DNA of 56,199 nt, filler included, from Catajapyx aquilonaris (Eukaryota), in assembly GCA_000934665.2 (NCBI GenBank). It is 2 parts of 2 records of this genome, joined end to end, with 100 filler letters (N's around TTAATTAATTAA, not from the genome) between each part and the next. Parts side by side here need not be neighbours in the genome. Positions count along the whole stretch, not along the records: positions 1 to 27,876 come from KZ539261.1; 1 more part is not named here. One strand, given 5' to 3'. The notes below the pieces were generated by a model that ran no database searches, was not told where the DNA came from, and saw only the letters and a list, made by a program, of their open reading frames with translations. Shown here piece after piece: positions 1-12,990 of the stretch. Positions within the stretch are counted from its first letter, which is position 1. Each line of letters starts with the position of its first letter. The translations under genes were made by a program, and so were the position numbers.

Positions 1-526
1 CTTCACTTGTCCGCGCGGATTATGGACGGCCCCCAAGTAGTATAAAATATTGTTCGACATACTTGACCTAATATTTTTCGAACCGAATTAACAAAATATC
101 AAGGTAATAGCACACTCTGTATGGCGTGTTTCGTAAGTTAGCTCACATCTTTATATAGGTAAAAATTTCGCATAGGCCCTACCATAAATTCAATTCGCTC
201 CAATTGCCTAACCTTCCATTTTGGCAGTGAGTTCCACACATCATTCATTCGTTCGTTCGTTCATTACATCACGGCATGAATCCGGTAATGGGGTAGCCAG
301 CGATAACCAATGGATAGCCTAGTGGACACTATCTTCCCCTTTCTTGCCACCTCACCCACCCAATTTCCCGCCACATTCAAAACCAGACAGTGAATCCTAC
401 CCACACTATCTCTCTCATGAAGATTCAATTTTTGTTTTAATTATTTTCCATCGTGTTTTTCAGCCAACTCCTATGTGTAATGTACCCTAGTGAGGAGTGC
501 GATGAACACAAAATATGGTGCTCTAA

Positions 527-1035
527 AGGTGCATTCACATATCCGCGATTGCGACTGCGACCAAGACCCCGTGCCCGAGCGACGTCGCGGGCATGGTGTC
601 GCAATTTCCGAAACAAATTTGCAACCGGCCATCTGATGTGGTCAGAGGCCAACCCCATGGACGTTTGTAATTGTAAAATAATTTAACTTTTTAATTAATG
701 GAGTCATATCAAAGATGGCGGTTCAATGACCCAACCGGACCCAACTGCAGAGCCCTAGCCGGCCCATGCAAGGCCTGGCATACTACATGAGTTCTATTGG
801 CCAAAATCAAATGGCCTACACGTGACCTACACGTGACTTTTGTCGCCAGCGACCGTGTGTCTGCCGTCGCAGGTATCTGGATCTAGCAGATCCTGGCGAC
901 GGGCACCATAACGGTCGCTGGACGGGAACTCCGTCGCTGGGGGCACCGCGTCGTGGATACGTGAACGCTCCGGCGACAGCGACGGGGCACCGAATCGGTC
1001 GCTGGGCACGAGATCGCGGATATGTGAATGCACCT
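527..1035. mobile_element. PIF/Harbinger-type MITE
   Basis: Perfect 23-bp TIR AGGTGCATTCACATATCCGCGAT with TAA on both sides. Confidence 0.85.
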
Positions 1036-1352
1036 TAATAGTGTGGCATGAGTAGAGGCCCAACATACAGGGGTGGCATGTTGGTGTGGTGGCTGGCTAA
1101 CATCACAACCTTCCATCTCTGAGGTACTGCTTTGCAGGGTCGGCGATCCCGTGGGGGACGTGGGGGACGCTTATGGTATCGTCCCCCACAAATTTTTTCA
1201 AAAGTATGCGAATTTATTGAGTTTCTTAATAAAACTATGCTTCTGTGAATCTGGAATGGAATAAGCACGATAGCGACATTGTGATATGTGATGTAAAAAA
1301 ACTATGGAAGGCAGGAAATTGAGTTTTGTCAATATATTTAATGTATTTCTAT

Positions 1353-1778
1353 TAGTAAAACTTCTATAAGTCGAATCTCCATGGGACAGGAAAAACAACT
1401 TCGAGTTATAGAAGATTCGAGTTAGAGAAGTTTGGATTTTTTAAAGCACAGAACTCTATAAGGAAGCCTACCTTCATATCCAGAGACGGAAGGTGTTCAA
1501 AACTTAAAAATAACTGTCACTATCACACTTACAATGTTCCTCGTTGTTTTGGTAAGGTATTTAAAAAAACTCCGTTATGGACATTTGCCTACTCTTAGAT
1601 TCAAGGATTCAATTGTCATAATCGAGTCAAACACTTTTCCCATCGTAAGGCCCTGCCTGCACTTCGAGTTATAGAAATTCGAGTTAGGGAAGTTTATTTC
1701 CTATTATTTTACATTGTGGCCAACCAAGCTCATCATTTTCTTCGACTTAGGGAAGTTCGACTTATAGAAGTTTTACTG
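1353..1778. mobile_element. pogo/Tigger-like MITE
   Basis: TIR (c/t)AGTAAAACTTCTATAAGTCGAA and internal TTCGAGTTA repeats. Confidence 0.75.
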
Positions 1779-3464
1779 ATGTCAATTAGCCTCCTGCTTG
1801 CAGGTCGGTTGGTCGGTTTCCCCATTCCAGGAAGAAGGGCCAGGGTCCCTCTGTGGGGAGGGGGGGGAGGAAGGAGGGGTCGCTCTTGTGAAAGAAAATC
1901 CTCTTTTTTATTATTTGGGTGCCAATTGAAGATTTGTGCAGTCATAAAATAGCCGACAAATCTGTTATATCCGGATTCAACTGTACTTGTACTGTACATT
2001 GGCACTGAAATATGAAGGGACCGACCTTTCTACAGTACTTGCTTATATCCGATGTGCCTACTACAGAGGTCTCAAACATGCGGCCCCACGGTCCTATCTT
2101 ATGTTGTTGATCAAATGTTACCAACATGTTTAGCAATTTGACGATGGACAATGAACAAATACCTTTACTTCATGTCTTTATTTATGGCTCTGCAGTCTGC
2201 CATGGGTTCAGTGGGGAAGTCTGGGAAAATCATTTCTTCTGAAAGTGTCAGGTGTAGTGTTCGGTAGCACCAAGACTCTCATGAGCAGAGGTTCGACTGG
2301 CCGCAGAAGGGGGGGAAAAAATGCTGTCCAGATATACAGATGTTCGGAGTCTGGTGGCTCACAGAATGACCGCCTGACACTGTCCGTAATTTATTATGTC
2401 CCACGCTAGCGTTGTTGGGGGTGCCTAGGTGCTAGGTCGCCTGGTTTTGGGGGAAAAGAGAAAAGAAACTGGGACGAAAAAATCAGTCCTCATCTTGGGC
2501 CCATCCTGCCAAGTTACTCTTTAGTCGTGCTTTATACCCCGTCGTGCTGGTTAGTCGTCAGTGTATTCCTGCCGATTCCCACATCACAGCAGTGATTATT
2601 TTGTGCATCAGGACGAACAAAAATGAAGATATAAGTAAGTCCTTCTGAAAGTGACCAGTAAACTTGCCGTTTGTTGAGGATTTTGCATATGCACATATTG
2701 GATTTGAGGATTCCACTATACTTTGTCAGTTACATTCACCTAAACTTGTGTGAACTTGAACACTAAAAATTTTTCACCTGCGGCGGGCTTCTCCCNCCCC
2801 CCCCCCACGTTGTCCGTCCCCCACAACAATTATGATAAATCGCCGACCCTGCTGCTTTGGATCCCTCATCGAACTTAGAACACTACAGAAGTATGAAAAT
2901 CTACAATACTTGAGTTCATGCACTAAGCAAAACTAATTTTTACACTTATGATTTGTAATGTGAAACAGTGAAAATCTATGATTATATAATTATTCTATAG
3001 AATCTTAGTGAGTTTGGAATGTCCGAAAATCAACAATATCCTGAAAATTAATTAAGTGATACCAGAAATTTACTGAAATGCCGACGCAAGTGAATGAAAT
3101 GAAAAGCCTGACGATTCGTAACAAATTTCATTGCGAAAGGAAATATGTCTGGGACTTATACTAAAAGCGGAATAAAAACTAAAGTTTCTTGTTGGAATTG
3201 CTCCATATTGGATATCCCCCATGTTACCCTATTTCTACAAGTCTTTTCCTGCACGAGCATACGTATAAGAGTCCCTTCACAACGAGACTGTGATGATGAG
3301 GACAAAGAATGAAATCTGGATATGCCAAATACGACATAAATTCACTTAACTTGACAGAACTGTGAGACGTGTTAATGGTAATGTTTCGGCACATTTCTAA
3401 TGATCACCGCATGCGAAGATTGGTAGGGGCCGGAATTTTTATGGCAGTGTGTAAATGATGTGAT

Positions 3465-3555
3465 TCAGTGGGATACGATGGTGCTGCTCTGGTCCACATG
3501 GTGAAGCCAAAGCCCTAACTCAAGTATTGAGAGGAGTACAGTGCCCAAATCAAGT
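3465..3555 (+). pseudogene. Decayed hAT transposase fragment
   Basis: GYDGAA at 3471-3488, then a frameshifted GVQ/AQIK; resembles the hAT YDGAxxMxG..GVQAxIK motif. Confidence 0.45.
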
Positions 3556-5070
3556 CTTACATGCTCGATTGTTGCAAATGTGGGAGGCGTATTTCATTCA
3601 TCAATGAAAGTATAGCCTCTCTTAGCGATGCATCGTGTGTCGAGATGGAAGTAGCAGCTGATGGAAAAATCGAAGGGTCTGAGATTTTTAAAAACGGCCA
3701 AGTCCATCACTTTGGGGGGGGGGGGGGGGGNNNNNNNNNNNNNNNNNNNNNNNNNNNNNNNNNNNNNNNNNNNNNTATTAATTTATTAATTCCTTCCTCT
3801 AATAAATAGTGCAGAATTTAATTATTTTATCATTGAAAAACCTAATCATACATAGATGTTATTCTGCTGGCAATTGCACCCTTCAATTTTCCTTTCACTG
3901 GAGCTCACATCATGAGCAAGTCCATTTTCTGGGTGTAATTTTCAATTCTACGACATTCATTATTAGTCTACATTCTTTGATACAACAGATTTTGCTATTC
4001 TTGAACACTATTAATCAAAGGGGAAGGGGATTGGAAACGTTTATCCATTTTAAGTGCAAAATCTTGAATACCATTTTGGCAATTCATGTGTCAAACGCAT
4101 GTCGTGATATTTTTAGCAACTGTATGCATTCTGTCAAAAGTCAGAAAGTGTTCACTTACCATATTTGTGCAGTAAAGCCCTTCATAATAAACTGCTTAGC
4201 TACGTACTCTGTTAGATGACCTCTTCACTCATCTTCCCCGCATGCGAAATACAATGTCTTGTAACGTAAAGCTACTACAGATTTCTCACCACCAATCCCC
4301 TCATGAAAATTATTTACATCCTGTATGTGACTATCGTAATCAATCTTTTCATTGGTCGCAGGGAAAAGAGGAGGTGAAGTATGTTGCGTTATTTATATAT
4401 GCATTTTTCAACACTGTATACGACATGCTTGTACTAGTTTTTACTCATTTTTATTCCTTATGTGTAGTGCTAGTACTCTGTGGGGCATTAGTGATTATTG
4501 CTAGTGAAGGGATTTAGAGTGTGCCATGAATGTTTGGAGAGATGCACTTAATCACACCTAATATTGTATATAGAGGGCTAAAAAAATTTAGCCCGTGGCT
4601 GAAGTGATGAGAACAAAAACAAAAAGCAGAGAATTATTGCATTACTTGTATATCGTCAATGCCATCTACAGCATATAGATGCACCCAAGGTCACTCCAGA
4701 AGATCAAGTAGGTCTAAATGGAAATCCAAGTACAGGCGGGCGGTCGCCTCTGATCCTGCTTAGATAATTAATATTTTTTAAGATTATAAAGAGAACAAAT
4801 AAGCCTGGATAACATAAACGTGTTTGGATGGAGTTTTAGGGTACTGAAGTGGTGAGAATAGCACTGGACTGCTTTTCTGAGTGGTTTCTGAGGTGGTTTC
4901 TGAGTGGTGAATTAATGAACATGACCATCCAAAACCCCTCGCCAGGGGGGTTATTCACTTACATTTTTTTGCGTACACGGACTACCCGGACTATACCTAC
5001 GAAGGTGTACGCGGACTACCCTTAGTGAATAACCCCTCGCCACCACCGCCGCGCCGGCCGGAGACATCGA

Positions 5071-5160
5071 GACGGAGAGTGTCGACCACTGGGACGGAGA
5101 GTGTCGACCACTGGGACGGAGAGTGTCGACCACTGGGACATGAGTGGTGTCGACTACTGG
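5071..5160. repeat. 22-bp minisatellite GACGGAGAGTGTCGACCACTGG (3 perfect copies plus 1 degenerate)
   Basis: Read directly; a further solo core copy lies at ~5367-5384. Confidence 0.9.
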
Positions 5161-5535
5161 AACAGTCATCATTTTGGGTGTCTATAATTGGAACATTTTC
5201 ACACTTGCGCATAACAATTTTATACGCAAAGTTAACCTGTGTAATGTGTCACGAATGTGCATGGGATGAAGGAGCAAGTCTCGACGATTCTACCGATATT
5301 TTCACTTGATGATTTCTTAAAATATTCCCCTGGAAAGAGTGTCCGACGTGATTTTTTTTCCTTGATGTGTCGACCACTGGGACACTTTCCTTAGATGCTG
5401 TATATCTACTGTACATGGCGTAGTGGGTAACAAGAAACTGCCACAACGCGTTACGGACTTTTTCTGAACCAGCCACGACACTAAATAAATTCGTGTCCTG
5501 ACATATTTGTGTAGTCCAGAAAAGCGTTCTGGCCT

Positions 5536-5655
5536 TTTTAAAAACAGCATTTCGGGGTCTTCCCGTTTTAAAATGAACATTTCGCAATCTGCCCATTTTA
5601 AAGTGAGCATTTCGCGATCTACCTGTTTTGAAAAGCGCATTCCGCGAAATGCTCG
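5536..5655. repeat. Degenerate 30-bp tandem repeat, 4 copies
   Basis: Units start TTTTRAAA..GCATTTCGC at 5536, 5566, 5596 and 5626. Confidence 0.75.
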
Positions 5656-6048
5656 GTTTTTTTCGCCCAATGGCCGTTTTCGGGGTTTGAACCTAACATT
5701 TATACCTTCACACCCGCCTAAGGCCGGAACTGATTGTATATCCTTTAGTCCGCCTTGAAATACAGCTGGGGAACTTTCATTATTTTTGTCTGGTATTTTC
5801 TTGCACTCTGTCACAATCACATACTGTGTATATCCTGCATTACATAATATGTGATGTTTGGTGTTGTGCAATATTTCTTTCAAGTGCCACTCAATTTATT
5901 AAATTTCTCAGTCACTTCTTGTGCAACCAAGTGTGCCGCAACTGATTTCTTTAAAAAATGCACGAAGAACCTTCAATATTATCTATAAATTTTGAAAGAA
6001 AGGAGTGAAGGTGAGAAAGGGAGGCGCATAATGTGTACATATATTATA

Positions 6049-7930
6049 CAGGGTGATCGAAAAAGAATGCTCGGATTTTGAAACCCTAAGTTATAACTTG
6101 AAAACCTGTGGACATATGTTATGAATTAAGTTTTGAAATGCCAAGATATGTCTGAAGTTTTGGACTCACCTTAGTTTGTTTCGATATGAGCTTCATTTGT
6201 CGATCGGAAGATAAAAAAGACTGTAATCGGTGTCGTGCCAAACCCGCTCAACCGTTGCCATTGAAATCCTATCCCGTAGTTGCTGGATACGATGGGCCTG
6301 TACACCCCACACCGCCACACACAATGTTCTTGATGATGCACATGAAAAGTCGCCTCATCCATGAAACAAACCTGCCGTAGGTAAGTTTCATTTGTTCAGA
6401 CTCCCAGTGTGTGAAGTCTTGAATGAGAAGTTTCCCGATTCCTAGCCCCNCCCCCCCCCAGAAACCCAGAATTTACCCCGATTGACTTTTTTGTGGAGAT
6501 ACATGATTGTATGATGAAAAGATCTCCAGCATCTACGGCATAGGATCACAATGGTGACTCCAGACATGTCTGAGCGGGTTATATAGGCACGACAACGATT
6601 ACCGTATTTACATTTTGCTGAGTGACAAATGGAGCTCATATCGAAACAAACTGTGGTAATACCACAAGTCCACAACTAAAAATCTTACTCCGGTTACTTG
6701 ACGCCTTCAGACGGACTGTACTTCCAGACCAGACCAGACGCCTTCAGAGTACTGTTTTGACTCGATTGGTGCAAGTGACGATGCATGTGTGCAATGCACG
6801 AAGATATCGTTCATGAAATGTGCTCGTTGCACAAATGTGTTTTGTTTTGAACACATATAATTAAAGACATCATAATTATATGCTAATTTGCTCTGCTTCT
6901 TTTCATCTGCCAGTTCTTTACGCCCTTTACCATTCTCGCCTAGGTTATATGCTATTCAGACTGACTTTAAGAGATCATGACTTTTGTGTTAATAACCAAT
7001 TGAAGATGTTCGAAATGGAAAACCGAAAATGTTCAAAACTACTTCAGTGATACTTTTATGTGTGACTCTGGGTACAAAAAGTCCCCAAGTCACCGCACAT
7101 GAGTAAGATTTTTAAAAAAATCGTGGATTAGTCTTCGACTGCGATTAGTCAATTTCCTTACCGCCTCACGATTACGACTAAAAATTTTGTCTATGCAATA
7201 GCCAATGATGGCCTTTTACCGAGCTGACAAAAATATATTTAAACACAGTTTTCCTGCTTTCTCTCTCTCTTTACACCGTACAGTACTATCCCACACTGTC
7301 ATATTATACATAAGACGTGATCGTTGTACGGACATGATTGGAATGTTACTAACTGTTGTAGATGCTAATGTACTATGCTTCATCCTTCATTTCATCTGCA
7401 GGTGGTTTAAGCTTCCGGCTTGCGACAAATTAGGGAACTTGATGTTCTGAATTTTCCAAGAGCTATAAGCTGAATTTGACGCCAATCGGGCACGTAATTC
7501 GAGAGAACATAATTTCTGTATTTTTTTTCTCGAAAAAAAAAAATCAGAAGCGACTTTTTCAAATATGGCTGCTATCTAACAATTGAGCTCTTTGTAATCA
7601 CAGTAATCATCCCTTTCCAGTGATGCAACTATAAAATGTCTGCTTTTTTGAGTGCGACATCTGAAACATCGCTCATAAGGTAAGCTGTCCTGGCTGAGTT
7701 CGAGAGGTCATAACTTTTGACCTTATATGGTTCCGCCTAAATTGTTTGCATTTTGTTTAATAACTTACTTGCCTATAATTATTATTGTGCCAAGTTTCAT
7801 GCAGCAACTCCATTTACAACACTTACACTTCCCTTGTTAGCATTTCAAAACTTAAATAATTATGATATACATCTGCAAGTTATCGAGTTATAGGGTTTTA
7901 AAATCCGAGCTTTCTTTTTCGATGACCCTG
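6049..7930. mobile_element. Tc1/mariner-superfamily relics: two divergent 3' ends of one CAGGGTG family, with a nested Tc4/Tc5-like fragment
   Basis: TA|CAGGGTGATCGAAAAAGAA at left, TTCTTTTTCGATGACCCTG|TA at right. The - strand encodes CFMDEATFHV and TNEAHIE; the + strand encodes VTPDM...TNGAHIE. Confidence 0.8.
6655..7836 (+). mobile_element. Tc4/Tc5-like element, right-hand fragment
   Basis: Cys-rich CVQCTKISFMKCARCTNVFCFEH at ~6785-6855; ends CTTCCCTTG|TTAG. The left boundary is uncertain. Confidence 0.55.
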
Positions 7931-8085
7931 TATTTCTCGCACACATTTACAGTCAATGCTCATTAGGCGTTGTCTTTCAATCTAAACCGCAGGTGCCAGC
8001 ATACGTTGTTATTGGTTCAATGGGAACAGGTTTTCTGGCTTCCGAAGGAGGTCATATCGCCGCTGCATCAGAGTATATTCATGAC

Positions 8086-8831
8086 TATAGAGTCCTGATT
8101 TTTAGGCAAATGCCTATTTAGTTCCTTTGCAGTTGGGATGGTTTTGTGAAGAGATCTATCCGTTTCATAAGTGCTGGATGTGGAATATGTAGGTTTTATA
8201 GTGCCTAAAATTGCCTATTTCGTGGTTTTGGGAACTACCGGTATTCTATTCTGGCTTTTTGCGACTTTTCATGCCTATTTGGCCTTTTTAAGGATAGTTT
8301 TTGAACTTTTTAAAGCCATTTTGGGACTTTTTGGGCCTATTACATCCTTCAGAGGCATGTTTGTTTTTTGCAGAGTATTTTTTGTGCTTCTGAAAGGACC
8401 AAAATCGTTCAGTCGTAATTCTATATATACGAATCATGTTTCCGTGACGCGAATGCCAAATATTTCTTCTAAATATTCCTCTGATTGTTCCAAACTGAAA
8501 AAATTGAGAAAATATTGTAGCAACATGTTGTGCAAGTGGAAACTGGTATAAGCGGTAGAGTCCAGAGCAAGTGATACTTGTTTGCACTTCGTGTTTTTTG
8601 CCCAAGTTTCGTGATTTCCTGTCAGTTGATAGTTGTTATTCGGTTTTTGCTCTGGTTTGTGACCTTATATTTATACTTTAGGCCTATAAAATTATTCTGG
8701 TTATTTTACTTTCTGTAACATTATCCTTCATACTCCCGAAAAAGTAACAATTTTGTGCCTACTTGAGGTTTCTTCGTGCCTATTTAAGTGCCTATTTCAG
8801 GGTTTTTTCGTGCCTAAAAATCCGGACTCGA
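8086..8831. mobile_element. hAT-type non-autonomous element
   Basis: TIR TAGAGTCC(T/G)GATTTTTAGGCA, 8-bp TSD TTCATGAC, repeated TGCCTA subterminal motifs. Confidence 0.75.
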
Positions 8832-10025
8832 TTCATGACCAAGCAAATGAGGGATCACGAGAGATACAGAGCTCATATTTAGTACTACTCAGTAGAAGGC
8901 GAAAGGTTTCGGAACAGTTGAAGGAAACGGATTACCCCTGGTAAACCCACCATTCGAAACACTTTCCACCAGAGATAATTTTTTACCGACATGGCAATGG
9001 AACTGTGGAAATCAGAGGTGTAAGGCTGGAGCCGTAACCACTACACAACCATGCCTACCCCCCCGGGCAGCACATGTAAGAAATAAGTCGATACACAACA
9101 TTCTTGAGAAACAGCAGTAGTAAATTTCCCCCTTGCTAGGCCACAAGAACCCTATGCGTACATAAAAATTTAAAATAAACCATCTGAAGGACGACACGTT
9201 TTTGTCCGTTTCTCTATTAATATTACATTTACAAAATTACATTATTATTCGTAAGTTAAAATCTTCCACATCAAAGAAGTAAGCAAATAATTTTAATATT
9301 CGTGGTGTGAATATTATTTTGTTCCTGATATTTAAACCCATCAGTTGTGGTCCAGTCCACGTATAGAGTGATTGGGTGGTATCGTACTGTACAATGGATT
9401 GTTGTAGGCGACGGTGTTGTCATTTTATGATTCCAACCCTGTCTAGTCTGAATGTGCTAAGGTGTTGAATTTTTTCTTGCAGCATTAGGTTTCTCATTGT
9501 ACTGTTACGGTCCACTGGTTCCTTCTTGCTGCCGTCAATACAAAAAGATAGCGGCCAGTAATAATTCTTTTAGAAATGGGAAGGACTTGATTATATTTTT
9601 CTCCTACAAGTTAGATGGAGAAGTTACCTTTTGCTGTACTAGTAGGAGCGTGGGAGAACAAGAGTTGCCTTTCAAAGGTTGAAAGGGGAGGGGAATATTG
9701 AAGAAATATATATACGTATTATCTATAGTATAAGGGGTGGTAAAAAGTGGAAATGGGGAACAGCTGTGATGTTGAGTGTAAAAAGACTAACTAACTTTTT
9801 CCCAGATTTTACAAGATAGAAGAAACTTTCAACACGATGCTGAAATCACATTATTATTGGCAATCAAACAGTTAAGCAATGTAATGCATTATGACTATTC
9901 TATGGGTAGTCAGCCATGTAGAAAATCCAAATCACGGATGAAATACGGCACTCGACATTATACATATCTGGATTGTCACTGAACCCTATACTCAAAGAGA
10001 GGGGGAGCTAGGGATGAAGATATAT

Positions 10026-11534
10026 GGGTGATTCTCCAAAAACTTACAATTTTGAAAGCAAAAATTAATGATTTTCAAAACTTGTTTTAAAAATCTGGAA
10101 AAATTCTCACTTACTCTATATGAGGTCACAAATCAGGGAAAAATATGGAGAACTAACTCTCATATTCTAAAATGGGTGAAACCTTCCGGGATTGATTTTG
10201 CAGTTAACCGAAATTATTTTTATTGGAAGTTGTTCCTCATAATATTATATCAAAAAGTGAAACTCAGTTTTTAAATATAATTATGTCCCCAAAGTAGTGA
10301 AAACCTGGGCTCAAAATTCGAGAATTTGGAATATTGTTGCACTTGAAATGACCACAGTAGGCACTAAAAAGCTGCCGGAATTTTTATATTAATTTTTCAG
10401 ACACTAGTTGATGAAGGACAATTTTTTTGAGTCGCATCTTGTTCAAGAACGATAATTTTGTTAAAATTTTAACTGCGCGCAACAGTGTAATGTTCCATTT
10501 GCAGTGTTGCCACATTGTGCATGTAGGATACATGCCTATCCTTCAGCAGATACACGCCTAGGAGTAGCCAATCGGAGTCGACCGTGACATCAGACATTGA
10601 CGACTCTCTCCCTCGAGTCTCTCTAACTCCTGGCACAGAAAATGCCAGGAGAGTGAATATTATTTCCAGGAGTTCGGGAGCCAGATGAATGACCTATGCA
10701 TGCAATAGGATTAATATCAAGGTCCAGAACAAACTTTGAGGGCCGGTTTCACCGAGCTTGGTATATGATAAAACCAGGTTTCTTTAGGAAAATCCATACA
10801 AATAGATAGGGATTTTGAGAAATACCCTGGTTTTATCATATACTGAGCTCGGTGAAACCGGCCCTGACTATGGAAATTTCTGTGGGTTCATGACATCCCT
10901 TCGTGCCATGGAATCACAGTTATTTCAAAACATTGAAGCTATTTTGTGACACAGAAAAATGAGCCAGGAGTGTGAATGCAAAATGTGAAACATAACTTAA
11001 TTTAAAACGCCTTAATTTTTTAACCCACTACAAGACGTACCCCTTGCACATCAATCTGTAGTTAAATCAAGGTGTCATGGAGAAGCAGTGTTGCCAAATA
11101 ACTGAGCAAAAAATCTCATTGTTTCACTGCAAATTTTAAAATAATATCCTGATGATCCAGGAGAGTAACATGAAAACTCGGGACACACTTTGGAGTGATG
11201 CAGCAAGGTCATGTCAAATGAATAAATCGTTTTAAAATGTTGTTTTATACCTTCAACTATGTACAATTTAATTATAGTATTGAAACTTGTATAATGTTAA
11301 TGATAAAATTGTAAGAAAATATAGCATGCTTTAAAATGAGATCGGGACATGCCAAGAATAGTGATTAGGCCCTTAGACATTTTTTCCAGTAATTTAATAT
11401 TTTCTTTGTTTTCACGGGGATGGCTAGGTGTCAACTGCTTCTACAAATGTTTAAAAAAATCAACTCTCTCAGTCAAGCCATTTTTTAGTTATTATGCCGG
11501 GACATTGTATTGGTAAGTTTTTGGAGAATCACCC
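10026..11534. mobile_element. Sola-like non-autonomous DNA transposon
   Basis: Perfect 22-bp TIR GGGTGATTCTCCAAAAACTTAC and 4-bp TSD ATAT. Superfamily inferred from the GRG termini and 4-bp TSD. Confidence 0.7.
10740..10864. mobile_element. Palindromic PIF/Harbinger MITE (nested)
   Basis: TIR GGGCCGGTTTCACCGAGCT, TSD TGA. Confidence 0.85.
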
Positions 11535-11919
11535 ATATAATTATGTTTGTTCTTTAAGTTCCAGTGGCACCAGGTCGTATAAGCATAGTATTCTCAACTT
11601 TAAAGACTGTTGTTCATTGTTGGATACAATTAGTATACAAGGACTAACACCTCTTAAGAATATTAATGCATCCCACCTGGTGCAACAAAGCCTCTGCGCG
11701 TCAGACTCACTGGGTTTTTATTTGACATTTATTGTTGTACATATTATTTCAATAGTTCTACATATTTGTCATGTTTGCCGGTGTTTATAGCCATGTACAG
11801 TATTTTCCGTTTGTTATGATTTCCAACAAAATTTTGGGTTTGCGAATTGAGTTGCAGATTTCCAAGTGAATGTTCCAACCCAAAATGAACACAGTTGCTG
11901 CGAACATAGAAGAGTATTA

Positions 11920-12061
11920 AGGCCATTTCACAAAAAAATGTCGCGCGGCAAATTTATTATTTATATTTATTATTGCCAACAATTGGCAACAATAAATATA
12001 AATAAAAAATTTGCCGCAACGCGCGCCGTTTGCCGCGCGACATTTTTTTGTGAAATGGCCT
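11920..12061. mobile_element. Palindromic PIF/Harbinger MITE
   Basis: TIR AGGCCATTTCACAAAAAAATGTCGCGCGGCAAA, TSD TTA. Confidence 0.85.
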
Positions 12062-12409
12062 TTAATGTCACAAATGACCGTTAGTTACATTGTTGACATT
12101 GTGGCACCAGTGCCCTGCTCTGGTTGCAGTATCTTCATTATTTTGTTTAAAGGGCCGATTGAAACCTGAAATTGTACAGTATAAGACAAACATAAGAGCT
12201 TCAAAAGGCATGCCGGTGAAAGCCCGAAAGTTTCTTGATGCTTCAAACGGTATAGAAGGAATTCTCGAAGTTTGAAACTGGTCAGTTGTTTTCCTCTTCT
12301 GAGGAACCTTAGGGCAAAGAGCATATACTACACATTTATAAGCGCTTTGACTTAGGGCTGACCTGGGCTGACCAATGGTTCAAATTAATAGCGACAGGTC
12401 CCTCTAAAG

Positions 12410-12662
12410 CTGGACCCTGTGACATTCACGGTTTTGGTGAACTGAAGAAAGCTTTGCGCAGAGTGAAAGATAGAGTTCGGATGGAGTTCCAGGAACAACC
12501 TAAGGACTTCTATGAGAAATAAATTGTATACGCTTAGTGTCTCAATGGGATACGTAATTGAAAAAGTCATCACGGCCAATACTTTTGGAAAAAAGTAAAA
12601 ACTACTAAAAAGTAACCTTGATATAGCCTTCATCTCGTTATTTATTGACTGGATGGCGCTTA
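12410..12662 (+). pseudogene. Mariner transposase C-terminal relic
   Basis: PCDIHGFGELKKALR...QEQPKDFYE..RLVSQWD..GQYF, with stops and frameshifts. Confidence 0.7.
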
Positions 12663-12916
12663 CGGCGGGGTGCTTCCTTTTAGATCACGTGATGCGACAC
12701 CTGCTACCTATAGCTGTGCATGCGCATAATTTTCTTTAAGGTTTGGAGGTTATCCCTGACAAACGGTGTCATTTCTTATCACATGGGTTTTCCACAATAA
12801 ATTCAGCTCGTTTTTATTGACTGCACCTTATAGATGGTGCGAAATGTGTCAAATTATCTGGAAATTCACCATAATGGCATTTTAGTCCATTTCTAGTTTT
12901 AATGCATGTGACTCAA

Positions 12917-12990
12917 AAATTCTTCCCTCCAGAAAACTTTGAAAAACAGATAAATATGTTTTCCAAAGTTTTCTGGAGGGAAGGATTTTT
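12917..12990. repeat. Inverted repeat / hairpin, probably internal to a transposon
   Basis: TTCCCTCCAGAAAACTTTG...CAAAGTTTTCTGGAGGGAA. Confidence 0.75.

Noticed and set aside
3714..3775. Poly-G/C runs next to N's (also at 2790, 6450, 27870, 44475 and 48070)
   Set aside because: Most likely sequencing or assembly breakpoints at homopolymers; length and content are unreliable.
5071..5160. CRISPR-like direct repeats
   Set aside because: The units are contiguous with no unique spacers, the context is eukaryotic, and there are no cas genes.
5317..5883. 188-aa ORF with 10-aa periodicity
   Set aside because: The periodicity comes from the 30-bp DNA repeat; no domain or splice support.
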